Origin: an uncultured Methanoregulaceae archaeon
Lineage (GTDB): Archaea > Halobacteriota > Methanomicrobia > Methanomicrobiales > Methanospirillaceae
Direction: 5' to 3'
DNA length: 64,000 nucleotides
Assembly (NCBI GenBank): GCA_963737635.1
Contig: CAVTTL010000001.1
Coordinates: forward strand, 32,001-96,000
Part shown: positions 40,364 through 50,636 of the stretch, one piece after another
Layout: every line of letters begins with the position of its first letter
How positions within the stretch are numbered: the stretch's first letter is position 1
Position numbers and translations under genes: made by a program
Notes under the pieces: model-generated
The model's input: the letters and a program-made list of their open reading frames with translations, nothing else
Told to the model about the DNA's origin: nothing
Database searches by the model: none

Positions 40364-41902
40364 TCACTCCAGCAGTTTCCGGCAATACGATGTAACCTCT
40401 TCGATTGTCTGTACCCGGGCTGCCCATTTATCATCGGATCCGATCACCGTCCACGGAGCGATCTTCGTATTGGTCCGGGCCAGCATCTCATCGACCGCTT
40501 CATCATACTGTTGCCATTTTTCCCGGTTTCTCCAGTCGTCTTCAGTGATCTTCCACTGCTTGAGCGGGTCGCTCTTGCGCTGGTTAAAGCGCTTGAGCTG
40601 CTCCTCTTTGCTGATCTCAAGCCAGAATTTTATAATCCCCCCGCCGTTTGAATAGATGAAATCCGCTTCCGTATCGTTGATCTCGCGGTATGCCCGCTGC
40701 CACTCATACGCTGTGCAATAACCCTCCACCCGTTCCACGAGGACACGGCCATACCAGCTCCGGTCAAAGATCGTAATGTGGCCGGCCTTTGGGAAATTCT
40801 CAATGAACCGCCAGAAATAATGGTGGCTTTGTTCCGTTGCGTCAGGAGCAGAGACCGGGATCACATCATAACTCCGGGGGTTCATGTACCGGGCAATCCG
40901 GGTGATATTGCCTCCCTTTCCTGCCGCGTCCCAGCCTTCGTACAGGATAATGAGCGGGATCTTACGCTTGAAAAGGAGTGACTGAAGCCGCAGCATCTCT
41001 CCCTCGAGACAGTCAAGGATCGGCATGCAGTCCTTTTTTACACAGGGAATATCCTGTGGCCGGTTCACGGTTCTCCTCTTCACCGGACGTTTTTTCGGGA
41101 GGAGGGGATCGCCGGATTTTATCATTTTTCCGAGAGCCAAAACATCCAGTGTTTTCTCCAGGGTCTTAACCAGTGTCGAATAAATCTCCAAGATCGCATG
41201 GTTCTCATTGGTCGCGTCGATCACGTGCCATGGTCCGGATGGCGTGTCCGTCTTTTCAAGAAGGTTATCGATCACCGGGAACGAAAGATCGTACGCGTTA
41301 TGCAGACCCCAGAGAGCAGGAGTCACGAGCCATGCGCTCAGGGGATCGTTTTCCCGGGCTTCAAAGCGCTGTTTCTGCTCATCCTTGTCGATATGCAGGA
41401 AGAACTTCAGGATGATCGTCCCGTCATCGGCCAGCTGGCGCTCGAAGTTGTTGATCGAGATGATCCTCCCGTCTAAGGATTTTGTCCAGCTGGTTCTCTG
41501 CATCTCAGCAGAGATAGCACGGCTGTACCAGCTCCGGGCAAAGAGCGCGATACGCCCTTTGGCCGGGATCCGGGTCCAGAACCGCCACATAAAGGGCCGG
41601 ACTCTTTCTTCATCTGTAGGCTGCTCGATCGTGTGGAGAGTGAACCCTCGGGGATCAAGTGCCTGGATCACCATTTTGGTCGAGCGGGTGATCCCTGCTG
41701 CGTCCCACCCCTCCATTACGATGATGACCGGTATCCGGGCTTCACGCAGGGATCGCTGAAGGATACCAAGGGTTTCCTCAAGCGGGGCGATCTTTTTGAC
41801 AAACGTCTTTTTGTCGATTCGGTTCTGCGGATTGAGGACATTTTTCAGCATCGTGGGGGACTCCAGGCTCGGGGATTTGGACTTTTTCATGTCTCTATTC
41901 AT
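40364..41902 (-). CDS. ppk2: Two-domain polyphosphate kinase 2 (polyP:AMP phosphotransferase type)
   Basis: Domain 1 EGWDAAGIT/FARSWY (degenerate); domain 2 EGWDAAGKGG/FDRSWYGRVLVERV (intact). Confidence 0.92.
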   Translation of the reverse strand: MNRDMKKSKSPSLESPTMLKNVLNPQNRIDKKTFVKKIAPLEETLGILQRSLREARIPVIIVMEGWDAAGITRSTKMVIQALDPRGFTLHTIEQPTDEERVRPFMWRFWTRIPAKGRIALFARSWYSRAISAEMQRTSWTKSLDGRIISINNFERQLADDGTIILKFFLHIDKDEQKQRFEARENDPLSAWLVTPALWGLHNAYDLSFPVIDNLLEKTDTPSGPWHVIDATNENHAILEIYSTLVKTLEKTLDVLALGKMIKSGDPLLPKKRPVKRRTVNRPQDIPCVKKDCMPILDCLEGEMLRLQSLLFKRKIPLIILYEGWDAAGKGGNITRIARYMNPRSYDVIPVSAPDATEQSHHYFWRFIENFPKAGHITIFDRSWYGRVLVERVEGYCTAYEWQRAYREINDTEADFIYSNGGGIIKFWLEISKEEQLKRFNQRKSDPLKQWKITEDDWRNREKWQQYDEAVDEMLARTNTKIAPWTVIGSDDKWAARVQTIEEVTSYCRKLLE

Positions 41903-42115
41903 TTGCCGGGGGATAAAAATATTGAAACCCTATATTCAACAATACCGGTCAGGATCGAGAAATAGAATCGGGAAAATCTGGATTTAACTAGGGTATGATA
42001 TACCATTATTGAGATTTCAGGATACACCAGAGGAAATGCCACAAGGACAAGAGAAAGAACATAAGGAAGGACAGGAGAATTACAGGTAGTAATAGAACGA
42101 GAGGAGGATTTTTGT

Positions 42116-42611
42116 ATGGATCTCTATATTCTCCGCCATGGGAAGGCAGGACAATCGTTCAATCGTCCCGGGGATAGTGACCGGAAAGCTTACCTCTGAG
42201 GGCAGGAGCGAGATGCGAAAGGTCGCGCGATGGATACGATCAAAAAAAATCCGGTTCGAAGTTATTGCCACAAGCCCCCTCACCCGCGCCCACGAAACAG
42301 CGGAGATTGTTGCCCGGGCGCTCAAACAGAAAGACCGGCTTGAAGTCTGGGACGAACTTTCACCTGGTGGCGATCCCGATACGATATTCTCTCATGCCGC
42401 GCAGTATGACAAGAATGCTGCCGTGATCCTTATCGGGCATGAACCCGTATTGTCCGGTCTTATCGGGAGAATCATCACCGGCGGAGACAGCGCCTCCATT
42501 AGCCTCGCCAAAGGCGGCATGGCAAAGATCCGGGACTATAGTTTTAACAGCACGCCGTCCGGTGATCTCCAGTGGTTGCTGACGCCCCGACAGATGGCGG
42601 AGATGCAATAA
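42116..42611 (+). CDS. sixA: Phosphohistidine phosphatase SixA (frameshift at ~42186)
   Basis: Manual translation from ATG 42116: MDLYILRHGKA...D.DR, joining LT..G, TSPLTRA.ETA and GHEP. Confidence 0.88.
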
Positions 42612-42632
42612 AAGATACCGGTTTTTCCTTAT

Positions 42633-44231
42633 TTACTGACCCTTTTTATATCCCCACCCGCGCAGCTGATCGATAAGTTCCACGGGTTTTTTGGTCACCG
42701 TATTAATACGCCCTGCATAAACCCGGCCGCTCGGGCCGTCAAGGGTGATATAATCACTTTCATACAGGTCCCCGGCCGGAAAAGGTGCACATCCGGCGGG
42801 TAAGATCGATTTTGAGGTCTTCACAGCTGACGATGCAGACTTTGCCCATCTGCCGCGCCACAACAGCTGCGTGGGACGTCCGTGCCCCCCGGATGGTGAG
42901 GATACCGGCAGAGGCAGCGATGCCACTAATGTCATCCGGGGTCGCTGTTTCCCGGACCAGGATAACCGGTGAGGTTTTGGCAAGCTCGACCGCACGTTCG
43001 CTCGTAAAAGCGATCTTTCCCGAGGCGACGCCGAGAGATGCAGAAATCCCGGTCGCGAGAGGACTTTCTGTGGTCTCGAGGGTCTGGATGGTAATAGCAT
43101 CGATATCGATATTTTTGATCCGGTCGAGTGCCTCGTCTTTTCCAATGATATTCTCCCGGACAAGGTCGACGGCAATATGCAGGGCCGCAAGAGGGGCCCG
43201 TTTCCCGGACCTGCTCTGGAGGATGAAGAGTTTTCCTTCCTGAACCGTGAACTCGATGTCCTGCATGTCCCGGTACAGGTATTCAAGCCTTGTTGCCGCA
43301 TAGGACAATTCTCGGGCTGCAAGGGGGATCCGTCCCGAAAACACATGGTGTGATACCACGCCCATCAGGCCAGAGACTATATCTTCGCCTTGTGCCCCAA
43401 ACCTGAAATCGACGAGAAGTTCGTTTGAACCGGTCCATGGGTTCCGGGAGAAAGCAACGCCGGCCCCGGAAAGGGTACCAAGGTTCCCAAAGACCATCGC
43501 CTGCACCGTCACGCCGGTACCGCGTACACCGGGGCCGGGATTCATATTCCGGAAGGTTACGGCACGGGGGCTGTTCCATGACTGCAGGATTGCGGTCGTG
43601 GCCAGTTCGAGCTGCACAAAGACATCTTCAGGCAACCGTCTTCCGTTTGTCCGCGGGTACAGCTTTCGTACTCCTCTGCAATTGACCGAAGGGCTGAGAA
43701 ATCGAGTGCGGCTTCTTCGGTGAGCCGTTCTTTTTCCATACTCTCCTGCACAATCTTCCGGTACTGGCCGGGGTCATGGGAAAAAACCACGGTGCCAAAA
43801 TTTTCAAGGAACCGCCGGTACGAGTCCCAGGCAAATTTCGGGTTCCCCGTCTGTGCTATGAGCCCCCGCAGCGTATCCCGGTTCAGCCCGATATCGAGGA
43901 TTGTCTCCATCGCACCGGGCATACTCGCCGGTGCCCCGGATCGTACCGAAACAAGGAGAGGCCGCCGGCCAGCACCGTAGAGCTGCCCGGTAGACCGCTC
44001 GATAAAAGCAAGCCCCTGGCGGAGAATCTCAGGCACATCGTCGGGGAGTACCTGGCCGTTCCGGTAATATTCCTCGCAGATATCGACGGAAAGGGCAAAC
44101 CCCGGGGGGACCGGGATGCCTTGTGCAGACATCTGGGTAAGAACAGAGGCTTTGTTCCCAAAATCCCCGGAGGTCACCTCATTCCTTACTTCAGGCCCAA
44201 AGAATACGATCCGGGGGGTTTTATCGGTCAT
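42633..44231 (-). CDS. Truncated pyruvate,phosphate dikinase-like protein (ATP-grasp + phospho-His domains only; frameshifts at ~43664 and ~42772)
   Basis: GNKA, PVPPGF, LVSVRSGA..SMPG, QAMVFGN, QDIEFT..EGKLFILQSR and TSHAAVVAR motifs; ends at ~530 aa without the PEP/pyruvate barrel. Confidence 0.85.
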
Positions 44232-44246
44232 AGGCAAAAATCATCC

Positions 44247-46193
44247 CTAACGGTTCATGCTCTCAATCATGTTATCCCGGACAAGGAACGAGACTTTGAG
44301 GAGGGTGTTGGAAGCTTCCTCCAGCGTCCGGGCAATTTCCAGGTATAACTGGAATTCCTTAAAGTCGGTACATTGCTGGAAAATGATCCGGGCTGTCCTT
44401 CGTAAGGATTCATCGCACAGTCGTTCAATCGAGAAGACTTCATCAACAGCGGTCAGGAGATCTTTCATGTCCTCGCGCTGGCTGGTGCGGTGAAATTCCT
44501 CTGCGGCCATGAGGATCTTCAGGTACCCCCGGCATCCTTTCAGGTCGAGCTCGGCAAGGTTCCTGAGCTCGAAGAGGATATCTTTTGAGTCACCCTGCTC
44601 CGGAACAAGAGTAATAAAAAAACCGGCTTCTTCGAGATAATCCGCAATATCATCCGCGGTCGCGATAAGGGAGATGAAAAAGCCGGGGTTCTGGATCCTC
44701 TGGGAAAGGTTTCTCATCCGGTTGACGAGATCGTCTGCCTTGTGCTCCCATTCCTTTGCCCGGGCGGCATTCCGGGTTACCGCTGCAAGATCGCGCTGGT
44801 CGGATACCGCCCACAAGGATTCCAGGACAATCGACGCGATCTCGATCGAGAACGAGGCATGTTCCTGGCAGAGGTCCAGCATCCCTTCGTGCGCGGACCG
44901 GAAATACCGGAGTAGTTCGGCGCGGATCTCGTTCTGGAGCAGGAACCGGGACGTGTTTGCAAGAAGTCCTTTTGATGCGGTCCGGAGCACGAACAGGAGA
45001 TATTCCATGGTCTGCTCCTTCCCGAGGATTTCGTGCAGCGGCTCACCGTACTGAAGGGGAATGCTCGAGGCCAGTTCAAGCGCTTCATAGATAAGCCGTT
45101 CGCCTCCCAGTTCAAGGAAGGCAATGTGCCCGATCTCTTCATTGGCTGCCCGGGAGAGCACTTCAATGGCGTCTGCATTGGGGACGAAATTGCGCAGCCT
45201 CTTGCGTGCCCGGTTCCAGTCGATCAAAAAAACGACCCGTGAGCCGGTGTGCGCGAGAAAATCCTGTGCATCTTTTTCATCGTGGGCATGGTAGGTGCCG
45301 ATAGAGAGGTGAAAGACCGGAACCTCGAATTTCTTCCCGGGCGTCCGGGAGATGGTGTCGCTCCATTGTACCGGGAACGGATGAAAGAGATCCTGGAAAA
45401 AGTGGAGCCGGGGGAGGTGGATATCGGTATAGGTAATGGTAATCGTCAGGTCCCTGACTTTTACCACGAGAACATGTGCATCGGTCAGGCCGATATCGTT
45501 CTGAATAATCAGCTCATCCCCGGACCGGGTCGCAATCGTCCCGAGACCCGGGTGACCGAATTTCAGAGGAGCGGTCCGGTTGACCCCGGACATAAAGGCC
45601 CGGACCATCCCGCGATCCGGATCGGTCAGGAGATAACAGAGGGCACCATCGATATCCTCGTTCGAGATCTGTGTCTGAAGGGCATTTACCGCTTTATGGA
45701 GATCCATGACCAGCAGGTGGATACTATCTGCACCGGAATCCTTGTCACCCCGTGTAATGGTATCGATGAGATCCCCGGTTATTGGCCCGTCCCCGGGTGA
45801 GGCGAGGGATGTCCGGAGACTGGCGAACCGATCCCCAAACGGTTTCGCTTCTGCGGGATCCTGCGATGCAAGCGGGGTTATCATTTCCTCTACTGCGGTC
45901 GCCAGCTCAGAAAAGATCCGGCTTATCAGGGGAATCGCATACCCGTTTTTATCCATCCGGGTCGCACCACCGACAACCGTGTCAAGATCGGGATCCGGTA
46001 TCCCGACCGATTCGCGCTCGGCCCGGAGATTTGAGTGGTTCTGGCCGGGATCATCCGCATGGTTCCGGGCTGCCTGGATGAGCGTGAAATAATATTTGAT
46101 CCGGTCGTTTGCCCTCAGGGCGGCATTGACAAGAGCAGGGAGAAGAAGTTTCTCTTCCCCGAGTTCTTCGAGGATCTCGTATTTTTCGACCAT
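44247..46193 (-). CDS. Large DUF47/PhoU-like phosphate transport regulator with uncharacterised N-terminal domain
   Basis: C-terminal WEHKADDL...DDIADYLEE...IERLCD...LEEASN helical pattern of DUF47; N-terminal QNDIGLTDAHV and FLIDWNRARK motifs. Confidence 0.7.
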   Translation of the reverse strand: MVEKYEILEELGEEKLLLPALVNAALRANDRIKYYFTLIQAARNHADDPGQNHSNLRAERESVGIPDPDLDTVVGGATRMDKNGYAIPLISRIFSELATAVEEMITPLASQDPAEAKPFGDRFASLRTSLASPGDGPITGDLIDTITRGDKDSGADSIHLLVMDLHKAVNALQTQISNEDIDGALCYLLTDPDRGMVRAFMSGVNRTAPLKFGHPGLGTIATRSGDELIIQNDIGLTDAHVLVVKVRDLTITITYTDIHLPRLHFFQDLFHPFPVQWSDTISRTPGKKFEVPVFHLSIGTYHAHDEKDAQDFLAHTGSRVVFLIDWNRARKRLRNFVPNADAIEVLSRAANEEIGHIAFLELGGERLIYEALELASSIPLQYGEPLHEILGKEQTMEYLLFVLRTASKGLLANTSRFLLQNEIRAELLRYFRSAHEGMLDLCQEHASFSIEIASIVLESLWAVSDQRDLAAVTRNAARAKEWEHKADDLVNRMRNLSQRIQNPGFFISLIATADDIADYLEEAGFFITLVPEQGDSKDILFELRNLAELDLKGCRGYLKILMAAEEFHRTSQREDMKDLLTAVDEVFSIERLCDESLRRTARIIFQQCTDFKEFQLYLEIARTLEEASNTLLKVSFLVRDNMIESMNR

Positions 46194-46344
46194 TATTCCA
46201 CATCACATTATATCAGGAAATTTTATTCCTACAAGCGAGATAACGGAACCTTATACCCTTATGACCCAAAAAGAGTTTCGATGATGCAGTCCTGGTACCG
46301 GAATAAAACAGGATGTGCCAGTACAAACCAAAACGCCCGTTGAG

Positions 46345-47697
46345 TTATGCACCGCGCTTGATCCGTTCGCGTTCCCGGGCTATCTGGACATGACCAGGGT
46401 TGATCGCAAGAACCTGGTCGTACGCCGCGATCGCTTCGGTATCCCGTTGTGTTTTTTTCAGGATGAATCCCTTATAGATCCAAGCGTCAACAGAAGCCGC
46501 GTCAAGCGCGATTGCCTTGTTGCACGAGGTTAGTGCCTCTTCATATTCCTCGAGCATGACCAGGGTCTTTGCCCGATTGATCCAGACACCGATGTTTGCC
46601 GGATCGAGTTCGAGGGATCGATCATAGGCGGACAGCGATTCATCATAGAGCCCGGCTTTTTTCCGTACATCCCCAAGAGCCCGCCACGCATCCGGATTGC
46701 CGGGGTTTGTCTCTGCATAGCGTTCAAACATCGCCGCTGCATCCTTAAATTTCCCTGTTTTGCTATAGAGATTGCCAAGAATATACCAACGGTCCGGGAC
46801 GGGAACCTTTTCCGGGTGCCGGTCTATTTCTACGATGAGTTCTTCATAGGTACTGCACCGGGGCGCGGCAGATGCCGGGACCGGTTCGGAAGCGGGTTGT
46901 TCCTTTTCCGGGAATATTCCCGGTGGCACGGAGACTTCGGGGGGGTCGCTTTGGACCGGCCTGACTGGGATGGCCCTCTCAATAATAATCCGGGCGACCT
47001 GTTCAGCACCGACGTGCCCCTTCTGGTTTTTGACGGAATCCTGTTTCAGTGCTGGCAATTCCGGGGCTGTTCTGATGAGAGAAGAGGGTGTATCGGCTAC
47101 AGGAAGCGGCTGTACGATCGGCCCGGGGGGGGTCCGACCGGATTTTTCCGGGAGATGTTCTTTTGGATGTTTTAGGAGAGAGGGTTCCGGGCGGCCGGTC
47201 TCCTTAGTCTTTTTTCGGGCAACACTGATTCCTATTAACGCATCCATGTGCCGTGGATCGAGGCTCAGGACCTGTTCGTACGCGAGAATAGACGCGTCAT
47301 ATTTTTCCTGAATTGCAAGGGTCAGTCCTTTTGCATACCAAGCTTGTACAAAAGTCGGGTGTATCGCAAGGGCGCGGTCGTAGAGGTCAAGCGCAAGGGA
47401 ATGCTTACCAAGATTGGAATAGATAAGACCTTTATAAACAAGGGCGTCAGGAAGATCGGGATCAATTCCGAGCGCCCGGTCAAAATATTGCAGCGCTTCC
47501 TCAAAGGATCCCAGCTGGTACAGGGCATAGCCCTTGAGCTGGGAGGCACGTGCACGGCCCGGTTCAGCAGCCTGAACTTTTTCAAGGAGATCGATGGCAT
47601 CGGCATAATATCCCTGTCGACACAGGACTTCTCCCCTGTCGAAGAGTGAATCCGGATCCGCTGCCGTATTTTTCAGGAGTTTTTCCATGATGCCCAT
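46345..47697 (-). CDS. TPR repeat protein
   Basis: Two TPR clusters separated by a Pro-rich linker. Confidence 0.88.
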   Translation of the reverse strand: MGIMEKLLKNTAADPDSLFDRGEVLCRQGYYADAIDLLEKVQAAEPGRARASQLKGYALYQLGSFEEALQYFDRALGIDPDLPDALVYKGLIYSNLGKHSLALDLYDRALAIHPTFVQAWYAKGLTLAIQEKYDASILAYEQVLSLDPRHMDALIGISVARKKTKETGRPEPSLLKHPKEHLPEKSGRTPPGPIVQPLPVADTPSSLIRTAPELPALKQDSVKNQKGHVGAEQVARIIIERAIPVRPVQSDPPEVSVPPGIFPEKEQPASEPVPASAAPRCSTYEELIVEIDRHPEKVPVPDRWYILGNLYSKTGKFKDAAAMFERYAETNPGNPDAWRALGDVRKKAGLYDESLSAYDRSLELDPANIGVWINRAKTLVMLEEYEEALTSCNKAIALDAASVDAWIYKGFILKKTQRDTEAIAAYDQVLAINPGHVQIARERERIKRGA

Positions 47698-48067
47698 TTA
47701 CTGAAACCCCGGATCGTTTTCGGTTCACATAGATTTTTCTTTTGGATAAAGGAAAACGCGACAATATATAGATTAACATATCAGAAATATATATTTTTCA
47801 ATCAGAAATTTATATACTTCAACAATTATTTATTATAAGCCAAAAAATACTAAAGATGATAATCTAATATACTTCCTGATTTTTATCTGTACGGCGGGCC
47901 AGTCCTTATTCTCCTCCAGTTGATTCCGGTGGTGACCATTATGCGGGGAACAAGACCCGGGCAAAAGAGTCTGGATTGAACGTACCGAAGTAACCGAATT
48001 TTCTCCAGCCCCCAATTACAAACCTTTAATATAAAACCTCTTTAAAGGAATTTAGTGTGGTGTACGG

Positions 48068-48811
48068 GTGAACCCAAAATTTTTCGGCGATGCCAAAGAC
48101 CTGTTTAAATACGATCTTATCACGACGATAATGAAAGGGGTCGGGGAGAGCATTGACCGGATTGTCATCGTGCCGATGCTTACAAAATATGATCCCAAAT
48201 TCCGGGGAAACCCGGGCTGCCGGAACACAAACCTGATAGCCTGTTTCCGACGCTTGAGGCGGACAGAAGAAGTCGATCACTATTATGACGAGTTAAAGGA
48301 TTATTTAAAAGAACTCAAAAAAGATCTCCAGAAAGACAAGGTTCGGGTGAGAATTGAGAAAAAGGAGATCTTTTCCCAGCAGACACGCGACCATTATTTT
48401 AAGAGTTTTTATGATAATTTCCCCGGGAACAGCCTGATCTTTATTGATCCGGATACCGGGATCAAGGAAAAGAATTTTACGGAAAAACACTTCTCGTTCC
48501 AAGAGTTAAAGCAGGCTCATGACCTTCTCGACCAGAACTCCATTCTGATGGTATACCAGCACTATCTCCGTCGGAGACAACCGGGCCTCAATGATGCGGA
48601 GAAGAAAAGCAGGGAGATAAAAGAACTGACCGGGACAGCACCTCTGGTTATTGCCGATAACACGGTGATGTTTATTTTCCTTACACGGAACCGGGAACTG
48701 AGGGAGACCCTGGCTAAGATCCTAAGAAATTATGCCCGGGTAGAGCAGGCGGCAGCAAGAAAGAAAAATACCCTTCGCTCCATAGATGTCATAGATCCCG
48801 AATGGTCCTGA
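48068..48811 (+). CDS. Hypothetical protein, possible RlmJ-like methyltransferase fold
   Basis: FFGDAKDLFKY N-terminal motif, LIFIDPDTG and VYQH. Confidence 0.55.
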   Translation: MNPKFFGDAKDLFKYDLITTIMKGVGESIDRIVIVPMLTKYDPKFRGNPGCRNTNLIACFRRLRRTEEVDHYYDELKDYLKELKKDLQKDKVRVRIEKKEIFSQQTRDHYFKSFYDNFPGNSLIFIDPDTGIKEKNFTEKHFSFQELKQAHDLLDQNSILMVYQHYLRRRQPGLNDAEKKSREIKELTGTAPLVIADNTVMFIFLTRNRELRETLAKILRNYARVEQAAARKKNTLRSIDVIDPEWS

Positions 48812-49004
48812 AATCCTAAGGAACAAGATCTTCTCTGTCGGCCCGTTATGGGGAATGTTTTCTTTTTGTCATAATAGCGCTGACGTTTTTTTGTGGTGTA
48901 TTCTCTCCCTATTTCTAAGGAGATAAGGAATAGGATCTTGAGATTGTCACAACCACAGGAACCATATCATAGGCAGGACAAAAACTCTATAGGATTATTC
49001 CCTT

Positions 49005-49907
49005 ATGGCACGAGCTCCAGCATTTCACTCACAGCGCGAACAATTCGAGGATCTCAGTACTGACCAGATTTTCAAGCTGTTTGAATCTTCGTGTAAGACC
49101 AAAAAATCTTCCTTATCCTCCAAGGATCTTGCCGACGCATGGGGAGTTCTTTTCTCCGGCGTATGCCTCTCTGCCGAGGAACTGGTAAACGGGATGCTGA
49201 CCGGGCAGCATCCGCTTAATACAGACCGGGAAAAGATCCTCTGCGAGTTTATCCGAAATGACTGCAAAAGTGGCGGGGGTTTTGTCCTTGAAGTGGCCCG
49301 GAGCGGGGGGAAGATCGACCGTGCAGCATTAATCATGATCGGTGACCCGGAAAATCTTGCGGGTGTCGAACATCATGGCTCAACTGCACTTCACATTCTT
49401 GCTGAAGCATGCGACCGCGCAATGAGGCCTGCCCTTATCAGCCGGGCAGGAAAAAAAGCACTCACCGAGCTGTACGATACGCGGGGGATGCCCCTCCTTT
49501 TTACCATATTTGGGTTAAAAGACCTTGCGCGTGACGATCTCACGGCAATCGGGAAAATGTTTACACGAGATGAGCTGCGAAAGGCGAAGGTCAGGAACCG
49601 GACCGGAAAAACCGGGCTTGAGCTGTATTCCGAGGCAAGCCGGCGACTGAACGGCCGTGAACCTGATGAACGCAATTCATTTGCGGCACCTGGTGCCGTA
49701 AAAAACACAAACCTCCGGGGCCAGTTCGGATCGCGGTCCCATTCGGGCGGGCGTGACACGCACCTCTCAGGCACCGATGTAATGGGGGAGAACCGGAGAG
49801 GGGATGAAGGGACCGGAATATCGAGTTCGGAGCGGTACGATGACCTGATGAGGAATCCACTTGACAATTTCCAAGGGATGGTTCATCGGAAAAACGGGCC
49901 GAAATAG
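49005..49907 (+). CDS. Hypothetical protein with ankyrin-like motifs
   Basis: HGSTALHILAEA, DTRGMPLL and NRTGKTGLE resemble degenerate ankyrin repeats. Confidence 0.5.
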   Translation: MARAPAFHSQREQFEDLSTDQIFKLFESSCKTKKSSLSSKDLADAWGVLFSGVCLSAEELVNGMLTGQHPLNTDREKILCEFIRNDCKSGGGFVLEVARSGGKIDRAALIMIGDPENLAGVEHHGSTALHILAEACDRAMRPALISRAGKKALTELYDTRGMPLLFTIFGLKDLARDDLTAIGKMFTRDELRKAKVRNRTGKTGLELYSEASRRLNGREPDERNSFAAPGAVKNTNLRGQFGSRSHSGGRDTHLSGTDVMGENRRGDEGTGISSSERYDDLMRNPLDNFQGMVHRKNGPK

Positions 49908-50037
49908 AATTTTCGCTAAAACACGGATTTCCAGAAAAGATTTCCTCCCACACTTTTTTATTATGGTGCAAATGGCGGGGGTCAATTATAATCCCGACCG
50001 GCACAAAGACAGGAATAACAACAAGGGGTAATGGCAA

Positions 50038-50592
50038 ATGCAGAACAATGAGCAGAAAAACACCAGCGCATCCGTACCGTTCCGGACGGTTGCCCATTTC
50101 TATGACCCGGATGACCCGGCACCCGAGAATCACCGGGAGTTGTCGGACCGGGCCGAGAAAGCGATCTTCCGCAGGGTGCTGGAGGGACAGAAAGGGAGGC
50201 ATGAAGCGCTGTGCAACCATCTGGAAATTCTTCTCCCGGCACCCGAGCTGACACCAGACCGTACAGCCGCAATTACTTCAGCGATCCGGTCCCATTTCCG
50301 GCTTCGGGCGGATGAGGTAGGAAGGGACATGAAGCTGACGCAGAATGTCGGTCTCCGGGAGTTCCGGCTTACCATCGCCGTGTGGATTCCCTCATTCATC
50401 GGTATTGCCGTCTGTTCCCAGTTCAAAGGGAACCCGATCGGCGAGGTTGCAGAGAACGTTCTGGTGATCTTGTGTTGGGTGACCCTCTGGCAGCCGTTCC
50501 AGGTTCTGGTCTTTGACCGGTGGACGCAATCGGAAACTGCAAAAGTGTACCGGAAGATCGCGGAGATGGAGATCGGGGTCCGGGCAGCCTGA
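50038..50592 (+). CDS. Hypothetical membrane protein (2 TM)
   Basis: 184 aa; YDPDDPAP...RELS; two hydrophobic segments; WV.LWQP motif. Confidence 0.65.
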   Translation: MQNNEQKNTSASVPFRTVAHFYDPDDPAPENHRELSDRAEKAIFRRVLEGQKGRHEALCNHLEILLPAPELTPDRTAAITSAIRSHFRLRADEVGRDMKLTQNVGLREFRLTIAVWIPSFIGIAVCSQFKGNPIGEVAENVLVILCWVTLWQPFQVLVFDRWTQSETAKVYRKIAEMEIGVRAA

Positions 50593-50636
50593 TCCGTCAG
50601 CGGTCCGCCGGGGAACCAACCATTAACTAAACCGCA

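Noticed and set aside
47760-47820. ATCAGAAAT(A/T)TAT direct repeat upstream of the TPR gene
   Set aside because: Only two short copies in very AT-rich promoter DNA; it cannot be distinguished from chance or tandem TATA elements.
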